Shown: positions 1 to 12,098, counted from the stretch's first letter. The stretch: 64,000 nt of DNA from Malacoraja senta (GCA_038087875.1 CM075993.1:11720001-11784000); one strand, 5' to 3'. The notes: generated by a model from the sequence alone, not told the origin. Program-made: numbers and translations.

Positions 1-834
1 GTTCAGCGCTGGAATTATTTTAAAATCAGCTTCGAAAGCCATCAACGCCGACAATGGGGACGGATTTCACGCACGGGACAGGTAAACGAAAGCAGTTTAT
101 ATTATGTATAAAAGTGCTTCTTAAGAGGCCTTTAATTCACATTTTTTAATGCGAAATGGTGAATCTATTCCCCGAACTAACGGCAAAATTTTTCATGCCG
201 ATACGGGGTTAAGTTCACCGCAAATCAACGTTCCAAATGATCGCGTTCCAGAAAACCCCACTCGCAAGATGATTTAAATGCCCTTTAATTTACAGGTATT
301 AAACATTAAATTCCTTCCATTTGGCCTGTAAATCCATGACAATGAGATTTTAAAATTATGTTATATTGTGAATTCTTGTGTGAATGTTATTTGGACACTT
401 AGGCTATTTAAAAATGTTAATCTATTCTTAAGAAATTGATAGATGTTTAGATCTAGTAATTGAATTTTGTAATTAGCTACAATTACATAACTAACTAATT
501 ATATGCTTTAATTTCATGTCATCTAAGTAAGATTGTTTCATATTTGTTTCAGAATGCTTCAATCTATAATAACTGAAAATTTATTTCAGTTCTCTTAATT
601 TTTAAGAAAGTTATGGGCTTTTGACTGTCCTTGATCACAGCTTTTGTGTTAAGTCAATGGAAAAGCAATAGGGAACAAGATGCTAACTTCTGAGTATGAA
701 AATGGCCATAACGTTTTTAATACTGAAGATATGAAAGTGAATTAGGTGTCAAATTAAACGTCTTTTTATGCTTTATCTGATGGGATAAATTACAGACTTG
801 ATTTTTAAAATCTCAAAATGTTGTAACATTGCTA
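1..834. mobile_element. Non-autonomous DNA transposon-like element, right-hand part (same family as 50240-51280)
   Basis: Colinear, highly similar to about 50445-51280; ends in ...tgtaacattgcta. Confidence 0.75.
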
Positions 835-1118
835 TACCTATGTTGCTAGTGCCCAGGTGGACCACCGCACCTGGACCCTCCCTCTCCTGGGAAACATTTA
901 CAACTGTCTGCTGTTTCTTGTGGTCTTGGGCAGAGCTGTTCCCAAACCCAGCTGTGGTGTCACCCGACAGTAGGCCTTCGACGTAGGAAGGAACCACAGA
1001 GGCTGGTTTACACCAAAGATAGACACAAAAAGCTGGAGTAAATCAGCGGGCCAGACAGCATCTCTGGAGACACGGAATAAGTGACATTTTGCTCAAGTTT
1101 GTAAGAGATTGAAGTAGA

Positions 1119-1345
1119 GTTTTTTAAAAAATATATAACCAAAAATAATTTATTCGCCTATTTACAATAATATGTACAATACTAAATTATTCAAAACAAA
1201 CCCAGCGCCACAATGCAAGCAAAACAAATTTGCTAAATAAACTGTTATACATCACCATCCGTATTGAGGATACATTCCGCCCCCCGCGGTGCCCAGCGGT
1301 CCCGGAAAACAAGGAGAGGCATTGGTTGTCCTTCTTGGAATTCGC
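1119..1345 (-). mobile_element. Tx1-like LINE 3' end
   Basis: Minus frame ends FRDRWAPRGAECILNTDGDV*, followed by an AT-rich UTR and A-rich tail; related fragment at 32127-32450. Confidence 0.5.
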
Positions 1346-1764
1346 AACAATGTGATTGATCCACCGTCACATTTTTGGCAATATTAACAGCGTGGAAGTT
1401 TGCAACTATTCCCACTTCAGCACCATTGTTGCTAATTGGGGCATGTACTCCACCAAGCGTGGGTTTTCTCCGGGTGCTCCGGTTTCCTCCCACACTCCAA
1501 AGACGTGCAGGTTTGTAGGTTAATTGCCTTCTGTAAATTGTCCCTAGTGTGTGGGATAGAACTGGTGCATGGGTGATTGTTGGCTGGTGTGGACTCGTTG
1601 GCCGAGGGGCTTGTTTCCGCTGTATCTCTCAACTAAAGTAAGACTTCACCCCCTCCCCTCTGTCCCCCCTCCCCTCTCCCCCCCCTTCTCTATTCCTTCA
1701 GCCACATCCTCAAAGATCGGCAAGAGATTAGACAAATATAATTTTTTCCTCATAGCTCACAAAA

Positions 1765-2175
1765 GGGTGGCCCGGTGGCGCAGAGGTCGAGTTGCTGCCT
1801 TACAGCGCCAGAGATCCGGGTTCGATCCTGACTACGGATGCTGTCTGTACGGAGTTCGTACGTTCTCCCCATGACTGAGTGGGTTTTGTCCGAGAACTTT
1901 GGTGTCCTCCCACACTCCAAAGACATACAGGTTTGTAGGTTAATTGGCTTGGTATAAATGTAAAAATTGTCTCAAGTGTAGGTTAGTGTTCTTCTTCTTC
2001 TTGCGTTTGAGGCAGCAGAAGTCTGCAGCAGGGTGATGCCATCCGGCTCGCCACGGGGAGGTCGACAACATGAGCCCCTAGGTTAGTGTTAATGTGCGGG
2101 GATCGCTGGTCAGTGCAGACTCGGTGGGCCGAGGGGCCTGTTTCCGCGCTATATCTCTAAACTAAACTAAACTAA
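1765..2175 (+). mobile_element. tRNA-derived V-SINE (HE1-like), interrupted by an 88-bp insert
   Basis: A box TGGCGCAG, B box GGTTCGATCC, V-domain (GGAGTT..TACGTTCTCCCC...CCTCCCAC), CR1-like tail GGGCCGA.GGGCCTGTTTCC..CTCTAAACTAAA. Confidence 0.85.
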
Positions 2176-2397
2176 GATCCACCCTGACCCATCTCAGTTC
2201 CAGGACTCTTTCCAAGCCTCTCTGCTATTGCACCCTTCCTCATGGAGTCCTGTATTTCCCTCCAGGGACCATTCGCTCAGACATCTATGAACAATGTGTT
2301 CACGTTTGTCCTTCCCCAGCCACACGTCCATCCACGGCACCCATTATGAATCTGCAGGACCACGGAATTACCACCATGCATAATTATCCCCCCCCCC

Positions 2398-2876
2398 ACC
2401 ATTCCCACACTGACCTTTCTGTCCTGAGCCTCCTCCATTGTCACACACAAACTGGAGGAACAGCACCTCATATTTCACTTGGGCAGCTTACAACCCATCG
2501 GTATGAGTTTTGATTTCTCCTTGCATCCCCTCTCTCTCTATCCCTGCCCCACCCTAGTCGTTGTACTAGTTTCAATGCCAGCCTGGTGAGTTTCATTGTC
2601 TATAACTGGTTTTCACCTAGCCCACAGCTAACAGTGGCCTGTTTCCTTGATCATCGTTACCTTTTTGCATATCTTTCATTCATTTGTTCTATATCTCTCT
2701 ACATCACCGTCTTTTTGTCTTGTTTCCCTTTCCCCTGACTCTCAGTCTGAAGAAGAGTCTCGAGCCGAAATATCATCTATTCCTTTTCCCCAGAGATGCT
2801 GCCTGACCCGCTGAGTTACTCCAGCTTTTTGTGTCTATCTTCGGTTTAAACCAGCATCTACAGTTCCTTCCTACAT
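2398..2876 (+). mobile_element. Penelope-like element 3' end: GIY-YIG C-terminal remnant, 3'UTR and terminal repeat with a degenerate hammerhead
   Basis: Translates HSHTDLSVL..LH...KLEEQHLIFHLGSLQPIGM (PLE endonuclease tail); CTGAAGA...GAAA at 2747-2770. Confidence 0.75.
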
Positions 2877-3414
2877 ATTTTGTCCACTATCTAAAGCCTG
2901 GTCTTTCAAACCCTGGGAAGTGGATTATCATCTGCTTGGGATAGACACAAAATGCTGCAGTAACTCAGCGGGACAGGCAGCATCTCTGGTGAGAAGGAAT
3001 GAGTGACGTTTCGGGTCGAGACCATCAAGGGAAAAGCAAACGTGAGATATAGACATATCTTCAGACTATTTGCCCAAGGATTGAATCTATTTGCTCCAAG
3101 CTCACCAATTCCCCCAGCGCTATTTGTTTTTTAAATGTTTAATTTGTTTGGAGGGATTGGAGGGATATGGACCAAACGCGGGCAGGTGGGACTCGTGTAG
3201 ATGGGACATATTGGCCAGTGTGGGCAAGTTGGGCCGAAGGGCCTGTTTCCACATTGTATCACTCTATGACTCTAATTCCTTCAGTTCTGCGTTGTCATTA
3301 CATAGAACATGGAACAATAATGCACAGGATGCTTTGGCCCACAATGTCCATGCCAGACATGATGCCAAGTTAAACTGATCTCCAAGCTGCCTGCAAGTGA
3401 TCCATATTCCTACG

Positions 3415-3689
3415 CCTCACAGCTCCAGAGACCCGGGTTCGATCCTGACTACAGGTGTACGGAGTTTGTCTCTGGCATTGCGCGTGGGATTTTCTCTGGG
3501 AGCTCCAGTTTCCTCCCACACTCAAAAGACGTACAGGTTTGTAGGTTAATTGGCTTGGTGTAAATGTAAATTGTCCCTAGTGTGTGTAGTGTAAGTGTGT
3601 GGGGATCGCTGGTCGGCGAGGACTCGGTGATCTGACGGGCCTGTTTCCATGCTGTATCTCTAAACTAAACTAAATTAAACCAAACTAAA
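3415..3689 (+). mobile_element. V-SINE (HE1-like), 5' truncated
   Basis: B box, V-domain and (CTAAA)n tail. Confidence 0.8.
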
Positions 3690-3924
3690 TCTTCTGACTG
3701 CCCATGTTCACCTTCCTTGCCAGTCTGCACTCAAGTTTCTTCTAATCTTCCTTCATCGGTTCCTGATCTTCCTTTGCTGTTTTCTCAAGTGCTCATATTC
3801 TCAGACCCACCACTATCTCATAATGTTTAAGGTCTCTTCACTTGATTTAACACTAGCTTTCATTTCTCTCATCAGCCACAGATGAATTACATATGTCCTT
3901 CTGTATCTTTGTGCCACAAAGATG

Positions 3925-4270
3925 CAGCACGGTTTGGGAACGGCTCCATCCAAGACTGCAGGAAATTGCAGAGAATTGTGGACGCAGCCCAGACCATCAC
4001 CCAAACCAACCTCCCTTCCATTGACTCCATCTACACCTCACGCTGCCTCGGCAAGGCCAGCAGCATGATCAAGGACCAGTCCTACCCCCTCTTCTCCCCT
4101 CTCCCATCAGGCGAGAGGTACAGAAGTGCGAAAACGCACGCCTCCAGAGCCAGCGACAGTTTCTTCCCAGCTGTGACCAAGCAACTGAACCGTCTGCTCA
4201 CCAACTAGAGAGTGGTCCTGACCTCCCATCTATCTCATAGGAGACCTTTGGACTAGCTTTGATCCGACTT
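3925..4270 (+). mobile_element. Rex1/Babar LINE 3' fragment
   Basis: FGNGSIQDCRKLQRIVDAAQTIT..LPSIDSIYTSRCLGKASSMIKD..PLFSPLPSGERYRS, typical Rex1 ORF C-terminus. Confidence 0.75.
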
Positions 4271-4272
4271 TA

Positions 4273-4655
4273 TAGACAATAGACAATAGACAATAGGGGC
4301 AGGAGTAGGCCATTCGGCCCTTCGAGCCAGCACCGCCATTCAATGTGATCATGCCTGATCATCCCCAATCAGTACCCCGTTCCTGCCTTCTCCCCATATC
4401 CCCTGACTCCGCTATTTTTAAGAGCCCTATCTAGCTCTTTCTTGAAAGTATCCAGAGAACCGGCCTCCACCGTCCTCTGAGGCAGAGAATTCCACAGACT
4501 CACCACTCTCTGTGAGAAAAAGTGTTTCCTCGTCTCCATTCTAAATGGCTTACTCCTTATTCTTAAACTGTGGCCCCTGGTTCTGGACTCCCCCAACATC
4601 GGGAACATGTTTCCTGCCTCTAGCGTGTCCAAGCCCTTAACAATCTTATATGTTA
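4273..4655 (-). mobile_element. CR1 (HER1-like) LINE 3' end
   Basis: MFPMLGESRTRGHSLRIRSKPFR.E.RKHFFSQRVVSLWNSLP...FKKELD and a (CTATTGT)n tail. Confidence 0.9.
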
Positions 4656-5087
4656 TCTTGCACTAAATATTGATGAATGATGAATGATCAGATGTGAAAG
4701 GTCACAGCGATACTCTTTGTTTCGCATAACCAAGGTATACAAAGAGTATCCACATAAAGGACCCTCACAATGTTACAAAGTATTCCATTTTAACACATAC
4801 TCTTTTCTAAAGATTTCATTCGTGTTCCCCCCAAGTTCTCGGCAGTTCCCTCCCACGCCGGATCCTCCTATGTTCTCAGCTCTGAAACCGACCTCTGCCA
4901 CCACGAGGCCCATCGTTTACCGTCTGCGCCATCCTAGCCCTCATCGACCCGCCCGCCAGCCCGACCCCCTCGACGATCACCGACGGTTCCACTCCTGACA
5001 GCTCCACGGTGCTGACTCAGAGTGTGGCCGTTGGGATCCGCCGCCTGGCTTCACTGCGGCCTCCTTTATCTACGTCCTTTTATGCAG

Positions 5088-5420
5088 AAACATAGACAAT
5101 AGGTGCAGGAGTAGGCCATTCGGCCCTTCAAGTCAGCACCGCCATTCATTATGAACATGGCAGATCATTCAAAATCAGTACCCCGTTCCTGCTTTCTTCC
5201 CATATCCCTTGATTCCATTAGCCCTAAGAGCTAAATCTAACTCTCTCTTGAAAACATCCAGTGAATTGGCCTCCACTGCCTTCTGTGGCAGAGAATTCCA
5301 CAGATTCACAACTCACTGGGTGAAAAAGCTTTTCCTCATCTCAGTCCTAAATGGACTACCCCTTATTCTTAAACTGTGACCCCTGGTTCTGGACTCCCCC
5401 AACATCGGGGACATCTTTCC
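5088..5420 (-). mobile_element. CR1 (HER1-like) LINE 3' end
   Basis: Same TRGHSLRI/WNSLP terminus and 3'UTR as the neighbouring copy. Confidence 0.85.
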
Positions 5421-5486
5421 TCTATTTTTTAATCTGTGTGTTGGTAGCTTGATCCTAATCATATATAATCCTTATAATCCTTATGT

Positions 5487-5770
5487 TGTAGGAAGGAACT
5501 GCAGATGCTGGTTTAAACCGAAGATGGACACAAAATGCTGGAGTAACTCAGCGGGACAGGCAGCATCTCTGGAGAGAAGGAATGGGTGACGTTTCGCGTT
5601 GAGACCAAGGCTGCTTGGCAAGGAGATTATGAATCAAACATGATCCAAAATACCCTTGTCCCTCACTGGTCTTCAGTCTGAAGAAGGTTCTCGACCCAAA
5701 AGGTCATACATCCCTTCTCTCCAGCGATGCTGCCTGTCCCGCTGAGTTACTCCAGCATTTTAGTCTATAT
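5487..5770. mobile_element. Fold-back Penelope terminal-repeat insertion with a captured spacer
   Basis: Arms ATGCTGGAGTAACTCAGCGGGACAGGCAGCATC and their reverse complement flank a unique 60-bp spacer. Confidence 0.75.
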
Positions 5771-5910
5771 AAAATCTTTAACTGGATAGCACGCAAACAA
5801 AAGCTTTTCCCTGTACCTCAGCACATGACAATAATAAACCAAACTATCTTTCCAACTTATGCTATATTTCTTTAAATGCTCTTTAAATTGCACGTGTGCC
5901 TGTTCACTGC

Positions 5911-6378
5911 TTTAGTTTAGTTAGTTTGGAGATACAGCACGGAAACAGGCCCTTTGGCCCACCAAGTCCTAGCACAACCAGCGATCCCCACACATTAACA
6001 CCATCCTATACACACTAGGGATAATTTACATGTACACCAAGCCAATTAACCTACAAACCTGTAAGTTTAAGAAGGAACTGCAGATGCTGGAAAATCGAAG
6101 GTAGACAAAAATGCTGGAGAAACTCAGCGGGTGCAGCAGCATCTATGGAGCGTAGGAAATAGTCGACGTTTCGGGCCGAAACCCGTTTTCAGACCTGCAA
6201 ACCTGCAAGTTTTTGGAGTGTGGGAAGAAACCGGAGATCTCAGAGAAAACCCACGCGGTCACGGGAAGAAGGTACAAACTCCGTACAGACAGCACCTGTA
6301 ATCGGGATCGAACCCAGGTCTCCGGCGCAGCAAGCGCTGTAAGGCAGCAACTCTACCGCTGCACCGCCATGCCGCCCC
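5911..6378 (-). mobile_element. V-SINE containing a nested Penelope terminal-repeat fragment (about 6066-6195, second subfamily)
   Basis: SINE head at 6378 and tail at 5911, interrupted by AAGAAGGAACTGCAGATGCTGGAAAATCG...GACGTTTCGGGCCGAAACCC. Confidence 0.8.
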
Positions 6379-6823
6379 GGGTGTTTTCTCAATCAACTCC
6401 CCTCCCACACCTTCAGAGTTGCTTTTGTTCAGGTCCAAGACCCCAGTTTTGCATTGAACTTTCAAGCTCAGCGTAAACATTTATTAAATGCTGAACACTT
6501 TCCCCAAACAGCTGCTTGACAAGAAGATTATCGATCAAACTCCATAATAATAACCTTTTCCCTCCATGGTCTGTCAACATATTGATCTAGAAAGACATCT
6601 TGAACATGTTCTCTCAATACATCTTCCACTTCTCTCACTGATCCACTTGATATGTAGGTCAATGCCCTCATCATTCTTCAGGTGCCAGATGATGGGAATA
6701 GTGCCAGTGACATCCCGATTCAGAATGAAGGGGCGGTGATAAGCTGATAATCACTGGCTGATTCGTCAAGCATCTTGTTGGAAAATCGTTACAATTGATT
6801 ATTAAGGCAGTAATGACAGCTAA

Positions 6824-7018
6824 GGTAGACACAAAATGCTAGAGTAACTCAGCGGGACAGGCAGCGTCTTTGGAGAGAAGGAATGGGTGACGTTTTGGCT
6901 TCTCCACCACTGAAGCAACATCCATTCCTTCTCTCCAGAGATGCTGCCTGTCCCGCTGAGTTATTCCAGCATTTTGTGTCTATCTTCAGTAAACCAACAT
7001 CTGCAGTTCCTTCCTCCA
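6824..7018. mobile_element. Fold-back Penelope terminal-repeat insertion with a 16-bp direct repeat
   Basis: CAGTAATGACAGCTAA at 6808-6823 and 7019-7034 flanks the inverted arms. Confidence 0.8.
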
Positions 7019-7062
7019 CAGTAATGACAGCTAATCTGGTAATCACACAAGGATAATACTCG

Positions 7063-7272
7063 GAGTATTGAGTATAGAAGTTGGGAGGTCATGTTGCAGT
7101 TGTATAAAATGTTGGTCAGGCCGCATTTAGAGTATCGTGTTCAGTTCTCGGCATGATGTTGTCGAGCTGGAGAGGGTACAGAGCAGATTTACGAGGATGT
7201 TGCCAGGACTAGAAGGCCTGAGCTTTAGGGAGCGGTTGAGTAGGCTGGGTCTCTATTCCTTGGAGCGCAGGA
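7063..7272 (+). mobile_element. CR1 ORF2 fragment
   Basis: [48 protein letters not shown]. Confidence 0.85.
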
Positions 7273-7297
7273 AGGGTGTTGCCCAGAATGTGGAAAT

Positions 7298-7377
7298 CAC
7301 ACACTGGTGCACGAACACACACACACACACACACATACACACACTGGTGCACGGACACACACACACACTGGTGCAGA

Positions 7378-7414
<37 letters not shown>

Positions 7415-7503
7415 GTGCACGGACACACACACACACTGGTGCACGGACACACACACACACTGGTGCAGAGACACACACACACACACACACACACTGGTGC
7501 AGA

Positions 7504-7564
<61 letters not shown>

Positions 7565-7893
7565 GTGCACGAACACACACACACACACTGGTGCAGAGAC
7601 ACACACACACTGGTGCAGAGACACACACACACACTGGTGCACACACACACTCACACACACACACACACACACTGGTGCACGAACACACACACTGGTGCAC
7701 ACACACACACTGGTGCACGAACACACACACTGGTGCACACACACACACACACACACTGGTGCACACACACACACACACACACACTGGTGCACGAACACAC
7801 ACACTGGTGCACACACACACACACACACTGGTGCACACACACACACACACACACACTGGTGCACGAACACACACACACACTGGTGCAGGGACA
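7298..7893. repeat. Compound (CA)n minisatellite punctuated by CTGGTGCA(CGA/CGG/GAG)
   Basis: Read directly; it is the source of the spurious HTHT/CVCV ORFs. Confidence 0.97.
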
Positions 7894-7899
7894 CATTAT

Positions 7900-8470
7900 A
7901 CTGCATATCCCATGCTTCTGCCCACTAACCCAACCTATCCAAGTCACCCGCAGCCTCATAGCATCCTCCTCGCAGCTCACACTGCCACCCAACTTAGAGA
8001 TGTTACATTTAATTCCCATGTCTAAATCGTTAATATATATTGTAAACAACTGGGTTCTCAGCACCGAGCTTTGCGGCTCCCCACTGGCCACTGCCGACCA
8101 TTTTGAAAAAGACCCGTTAATTCCTACTTTTTGCTTCCTGTCTGCCAACCAGTTCTGTATCCATGTCAATACCCTACCCCCAATACCATGTGCTCTAATT
8201 TTGCCCACTAATCTCTTGTGTGGGACCTTGTCAAAAGGCTTTTTGAATGTCCAGATACACTACATCCACTGGCTCTCCCTTATACAATCTACTTGTCACA
8301 TCCTCCAAAAATTCCAAAGGATTAGTCATGCATGATTTCCCATCATAATTCCCTGCTGACTTTGACCGATCCCATCACTGCTTTCAAAATGCACTGCTAT
8401 AACATCTTTAATAATCGACTCAAGCATCTTCCCCACTACCGATGTAAGGCTAACTGGTCTATAATTCCCC
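7900..8470 (-). mobile_element. CR1 reverse-transcriptase fragment (degenerate)
   Basis: KIRAHGIGGRVLTWIQNWLADRKQKVGING..W..V.SG.PQ.SVL...LFTIYINDLD. Confidence 0.88.
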
Positions 8471-8560
8471 AAGAGTTGGTCTTGGCATCATGTTCAGCAC
8501 AGACATTGTGGGCCGAAGGGCCTGTTCCTGTGCTACATTATTCTGTTCTTCTGTTCTAAA

Positions 8561-10975
8561 GGGGCGGCACAGTGCCACAGCGGTAGAATTGCTGCCTCAC
8601 AGGGCCAGAGGCCCAGGTTCGATCCTGACTATGGGTGCTGTCTGTACGGAGCTTGTACGTTCTCACCATGAACACGTGAGTTTTCTCCGGGTGCTCCGGT
8701 TTCCTCCCACACTGCAAATACGTGCGGGTTTGTACGTTGTGTAGGAAGGAACTGTTGATGCTGATTTTTTTTTATTTTTTTTTTAAAAAATTTAAATTTT
8801 TTTTATTTATTAGAAGTACATTACATTACAACCACATACATTAATACTCGTCATTTATATCTTCTTACAATTAATGTACTCCCTTTATTTATTTTTTTAC
8901 ACTAGAAAAGGAAAAGATTGAAAGAAAGAAGAAAGTGAAGGAAAAAGTGCAAGTGTAGAAAAGTGTAGAAAATGTAACAACAAAAAAGGACGAAGACCCT
9001 ATGAGAGCGAAATTAAAAACAAAAAGAAAAAGAGTTAAGAAATAGGCCCTAAGAAAAGAAAAGAGAAAGAGAAAAAAAGAGAAACAAATGTTTTTTTTTT
9101 TGAGCATCACGTAAATAGGACATACCAACTCTTCAACTATCATCCCCCCTTACCCGACCTCAATTTTTTTATTTTTTTTAAAGTACTTTTGCACCCTATG
9201 TTTGTAATAATTCTATAAATGCAGACCACGTCAGGTGGAAGTGATCTGGTTTACCTGCTAGGAGGAGTCTTATCTCTTCTAGGTGTAATGTTTCAAACAT
9301 ATTTGAAATCCACATATTTATAGTTGGTATTGGAGCCTTCTTCCAAAATTTTAGGATTAGCTTTTTTCCAGTTATTAACCCATAGTCCATTAATTTCCTT
9401 TGAAACACATTTAGTTCTGGATCATCTTCCGTTATTCCGAAGATAATCCATTCTGCTTTGGGTATCAGTCTTGTTTTAAATAACTTTGTAAAGATTTCAA
9501 AAATTTCATTCCAAAATTTTTGAATTTTTGTACAGAAGACAAATGAGTGCGTTATGGTAGCTTCTTGGGATTGACATTTATCACAAATAGATGATACGTT
9601 TGGGAAATTTTTATGAATTTTAGTTTTCGAATAATATAATCTATGTAAAATTTTAAATTGTATTAAAGTGTGTCTTACATTAATCGAGCATTTATGCACG
9701 TTTAATAAGTATTCATTCCAACTTTCCTTTGAAATTTTAATAGCTAACTCTTGTTCCCAGTCTCTTCTGATACCCTCCGTAGGTGGTATTTGTACATTTA
9801 AAATAATATTATACAAATATGATATTAAGTTTGCTGATTCCGCTTTTATCTGCATTGCCTCGTCCAATACATCTACTGGGTTATTATAATGATCTTTTGT
9901 ATATTTTTTCAAATAGTCGCATATTTGAAAATATTTAAAATATTGATTATTTCCGAGTTTATATTTTATTTGTAATTGTTGAAATGAAAGTAATTTTCCA
10001 GTTTCATACAAGTCACCAAGCGTTTTAATTCCTAGTCTATCCCATTGTGTATAAGCTTTATCTATAATAGAAGGACTAAACGAAGGGTTATTGACTATAG
10101 GTAATAAAAGTGATAAGTTTCTTAGTTTTAAATTTTGTTTTATTTGTTTCCAAATACGGATTGTACTATGAATAATTGGGTTCTTATTATAATTTATGTT
10201 ATTCAGTTTCATTGGAGAGAGGAGGATCGCTCCAATGTTTCTAGAGGAGCAATCCTCTTTCTCCATTACAATCCAGTCTACTTGCTGGGCGGAGTTATCC
10301 ATCAGTTGAATCATGTTTTTAATATTTACTGACCAATAATAATACATAAAATTAGGTAGTGCTAGACCCCCCAATACTTTAGGTTTATTCAGATGGGTTT
10401 TTTGTATTCTATGTGATTTATAGTCCCATATAAAATTAGTGATATCTGAGTCGAGTTTTTTTAAAAACTTCTTAGGTAAGTATATAGGAATTGATTGAAA
10501 TAGGTATAAAATTTGTGGTAAAAAGATCATTTTTATTGCGTTTATTCGGCCTATTAAAGACATCGGGAGCGTTTTCCAGAATTTAATTAATGTATTTAGT
10601 TTATTAAGTAGGGGGTCAAAATTTGCCCTGAATGCTGATTTAAACTGAAGATAGACGTAACAGCTGGAGTAACTCAGGGGGACAGGCGGCATCTCTGGAG
10701 AAAAGGAATAGGTGACATTTCAGGTCGAGACCTTTCTTCAGTCTCTGAAGAAGGATCTCGACCCAAAACGTCACCATACCTTCTCCCCAGAGATGCCGCC
10801 TGTCCCCCTGAGTTACTCCAGCTGTTACGTCTATCACTGGTCTGTAGGTTAATTGGCCTCTGTAAATAGTCCCTAGTGGGCAGGATAGAACTGGTGTGAC
10901 CAGGTGATCTCTGGTTGGCGTGGGCTTGGTGGCCCCAAGGGCCTGTTTCCACGCTGCATCTCTGGAGTTTAAAGT
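8561..10975 (+). mobile_element. V-SINE (8561-8735 and 10841-10975) split by a Penelope fold-back (8739-8767 and 10642-10835), itself split by L1
   Basis: The SINE sequence resumes at TGTAGGTTAATTGG after the insertions; the PLE arm resumes after the L1. Confidence 0.8.
8768..10631 (-). mobile_element. 5'-truncated L1-clade LINE: uninterrupted ORF2 C-terminal part (9196 to about 10631), 3'UTR and poly(A)
   Basis: SLIGRINAIKMIFLPQILYLFQSIP, GGLALPNF, CCHC-type CDKC..ATITHSFVFC; direct repeat ATGCTGATTT at 8758-8767 and 10632-10641. Confidence 0.92.
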
Positions 10976-11504
10976 TCTGTGTACTTTGCCCAGGGCAGCA
11001 GCATTAATGCCTCCACCCCTGAACATCTCAAGGACATACTGCAGAAAGGACAAGATAATGAGAGCAAAGATTGACTTCCCGTGAGCTGTGGTACCTCAGC
11101 TAAGGAGGCAGCTGCAAACTGAACAGAGGACTAATTACAGAGGGTGGCGGGTGTATGGAACAAGCTGCCAGAGGAGGTAGTTGAGGCTGGGACTGACGTT
11201 TAAGAAACAGTTGGACAGGTACATGGATAGGATAGGTTTGGACTAGTGTAGATGGGACATGTGGGCGTTGGGCCAAAGGGCCTGTTTCCACACAGTTTCA
11301 CTCTATGACTCTCTGGTCACTGTGGTCTCTGACACAAGAGCAGCTGGTAGAGTGATGTCATCACCATCTGCCTCGGCCCATGGCCACACGCCGACCCTGA
11401 CCTTCAACGCTTCCTCCCGCCCCCGAGTCACACCTTCACCCGCGTCCAGGGGTTGGCGCACTGCTGCCGTCTCAGTGGAAACCAGGGCCCAAAGCAAAAA
11501 ACAG

Positions 11505-11772
11505 CAGCACTCTGGTGCAGCGGGTAGAGCTGCTGCCTCACAGCGCCAGACACCCGGGTTCCATCCGGCGCTGTCTGTGTGGAGTTTGCACGTTCTCCCT
11601 GTGACCGCGTGTGTTTCCTCTGGGTGCTCCAGTTTCCTCCCACTTCCCAAGGGAAGTGGGTTTGTAGGTTACTAGTCCTCTGTAGATTTTCCCCAGTGTG
11701 TAGATTGATGGTCAGTGCAGAGTCGGTGAGCCAAAGGGCCCGTTTCCTTGCTGTTCCTCTATACCAAACTAA
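11505..11772 (+). mobile_element. V-SINE (diverged)
   Basis: tRNA head and V-domain. Confidence 0.75.
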
Positions 11773-11796
11773 TTAATAAGCAGCATACCTTTAATC

Positions 11797-12098
11797 TTTA
11801 GAGATGCAGCGTGGAGACAGGCCCTTCGTTCCACGGGGTCCGTGCTAACCAGCGATCACCCCGTACACTAGCACTATCCTACACTCCAGGGACAATTTAC
11901 CTATCTTTACCAAAGGCAATTAATCTACAAACCTGAACATCTTTGGAGTGTGGGAGGAAACAGGAGCACCCGGAGAAAACCCACGCTGTCACGGGGAGAA
12001 TGTACAAACTCTGTACTGACAGCACCCGTAGTCAGGATCGAACTTGGGTCTCTGGCGCTGTGAGGCAGCAACTCTACCGCTGCGCCACCGTGCCGCCC
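11797..12098 (-). mobile_element. V-SINE, full length
   Basis: GGGCGGCACGGTGGCGCAGCGGTAGAGTTGCTGCC head on the minus strand. Confidence 0.88.

Noticed and set aside
7137..8335. Long His/Thr- and Cys/Val-rich ORFs
   Set aside because: Translations of the (CA)n minisatellite fused to CR1 fragments; not genes.
9196..10692. 498-aa ORF as a host gene
   Set aside because: It is a 5'-truncated L1 ORF2; the N-terminal residues come from the flanking PLE repeat.
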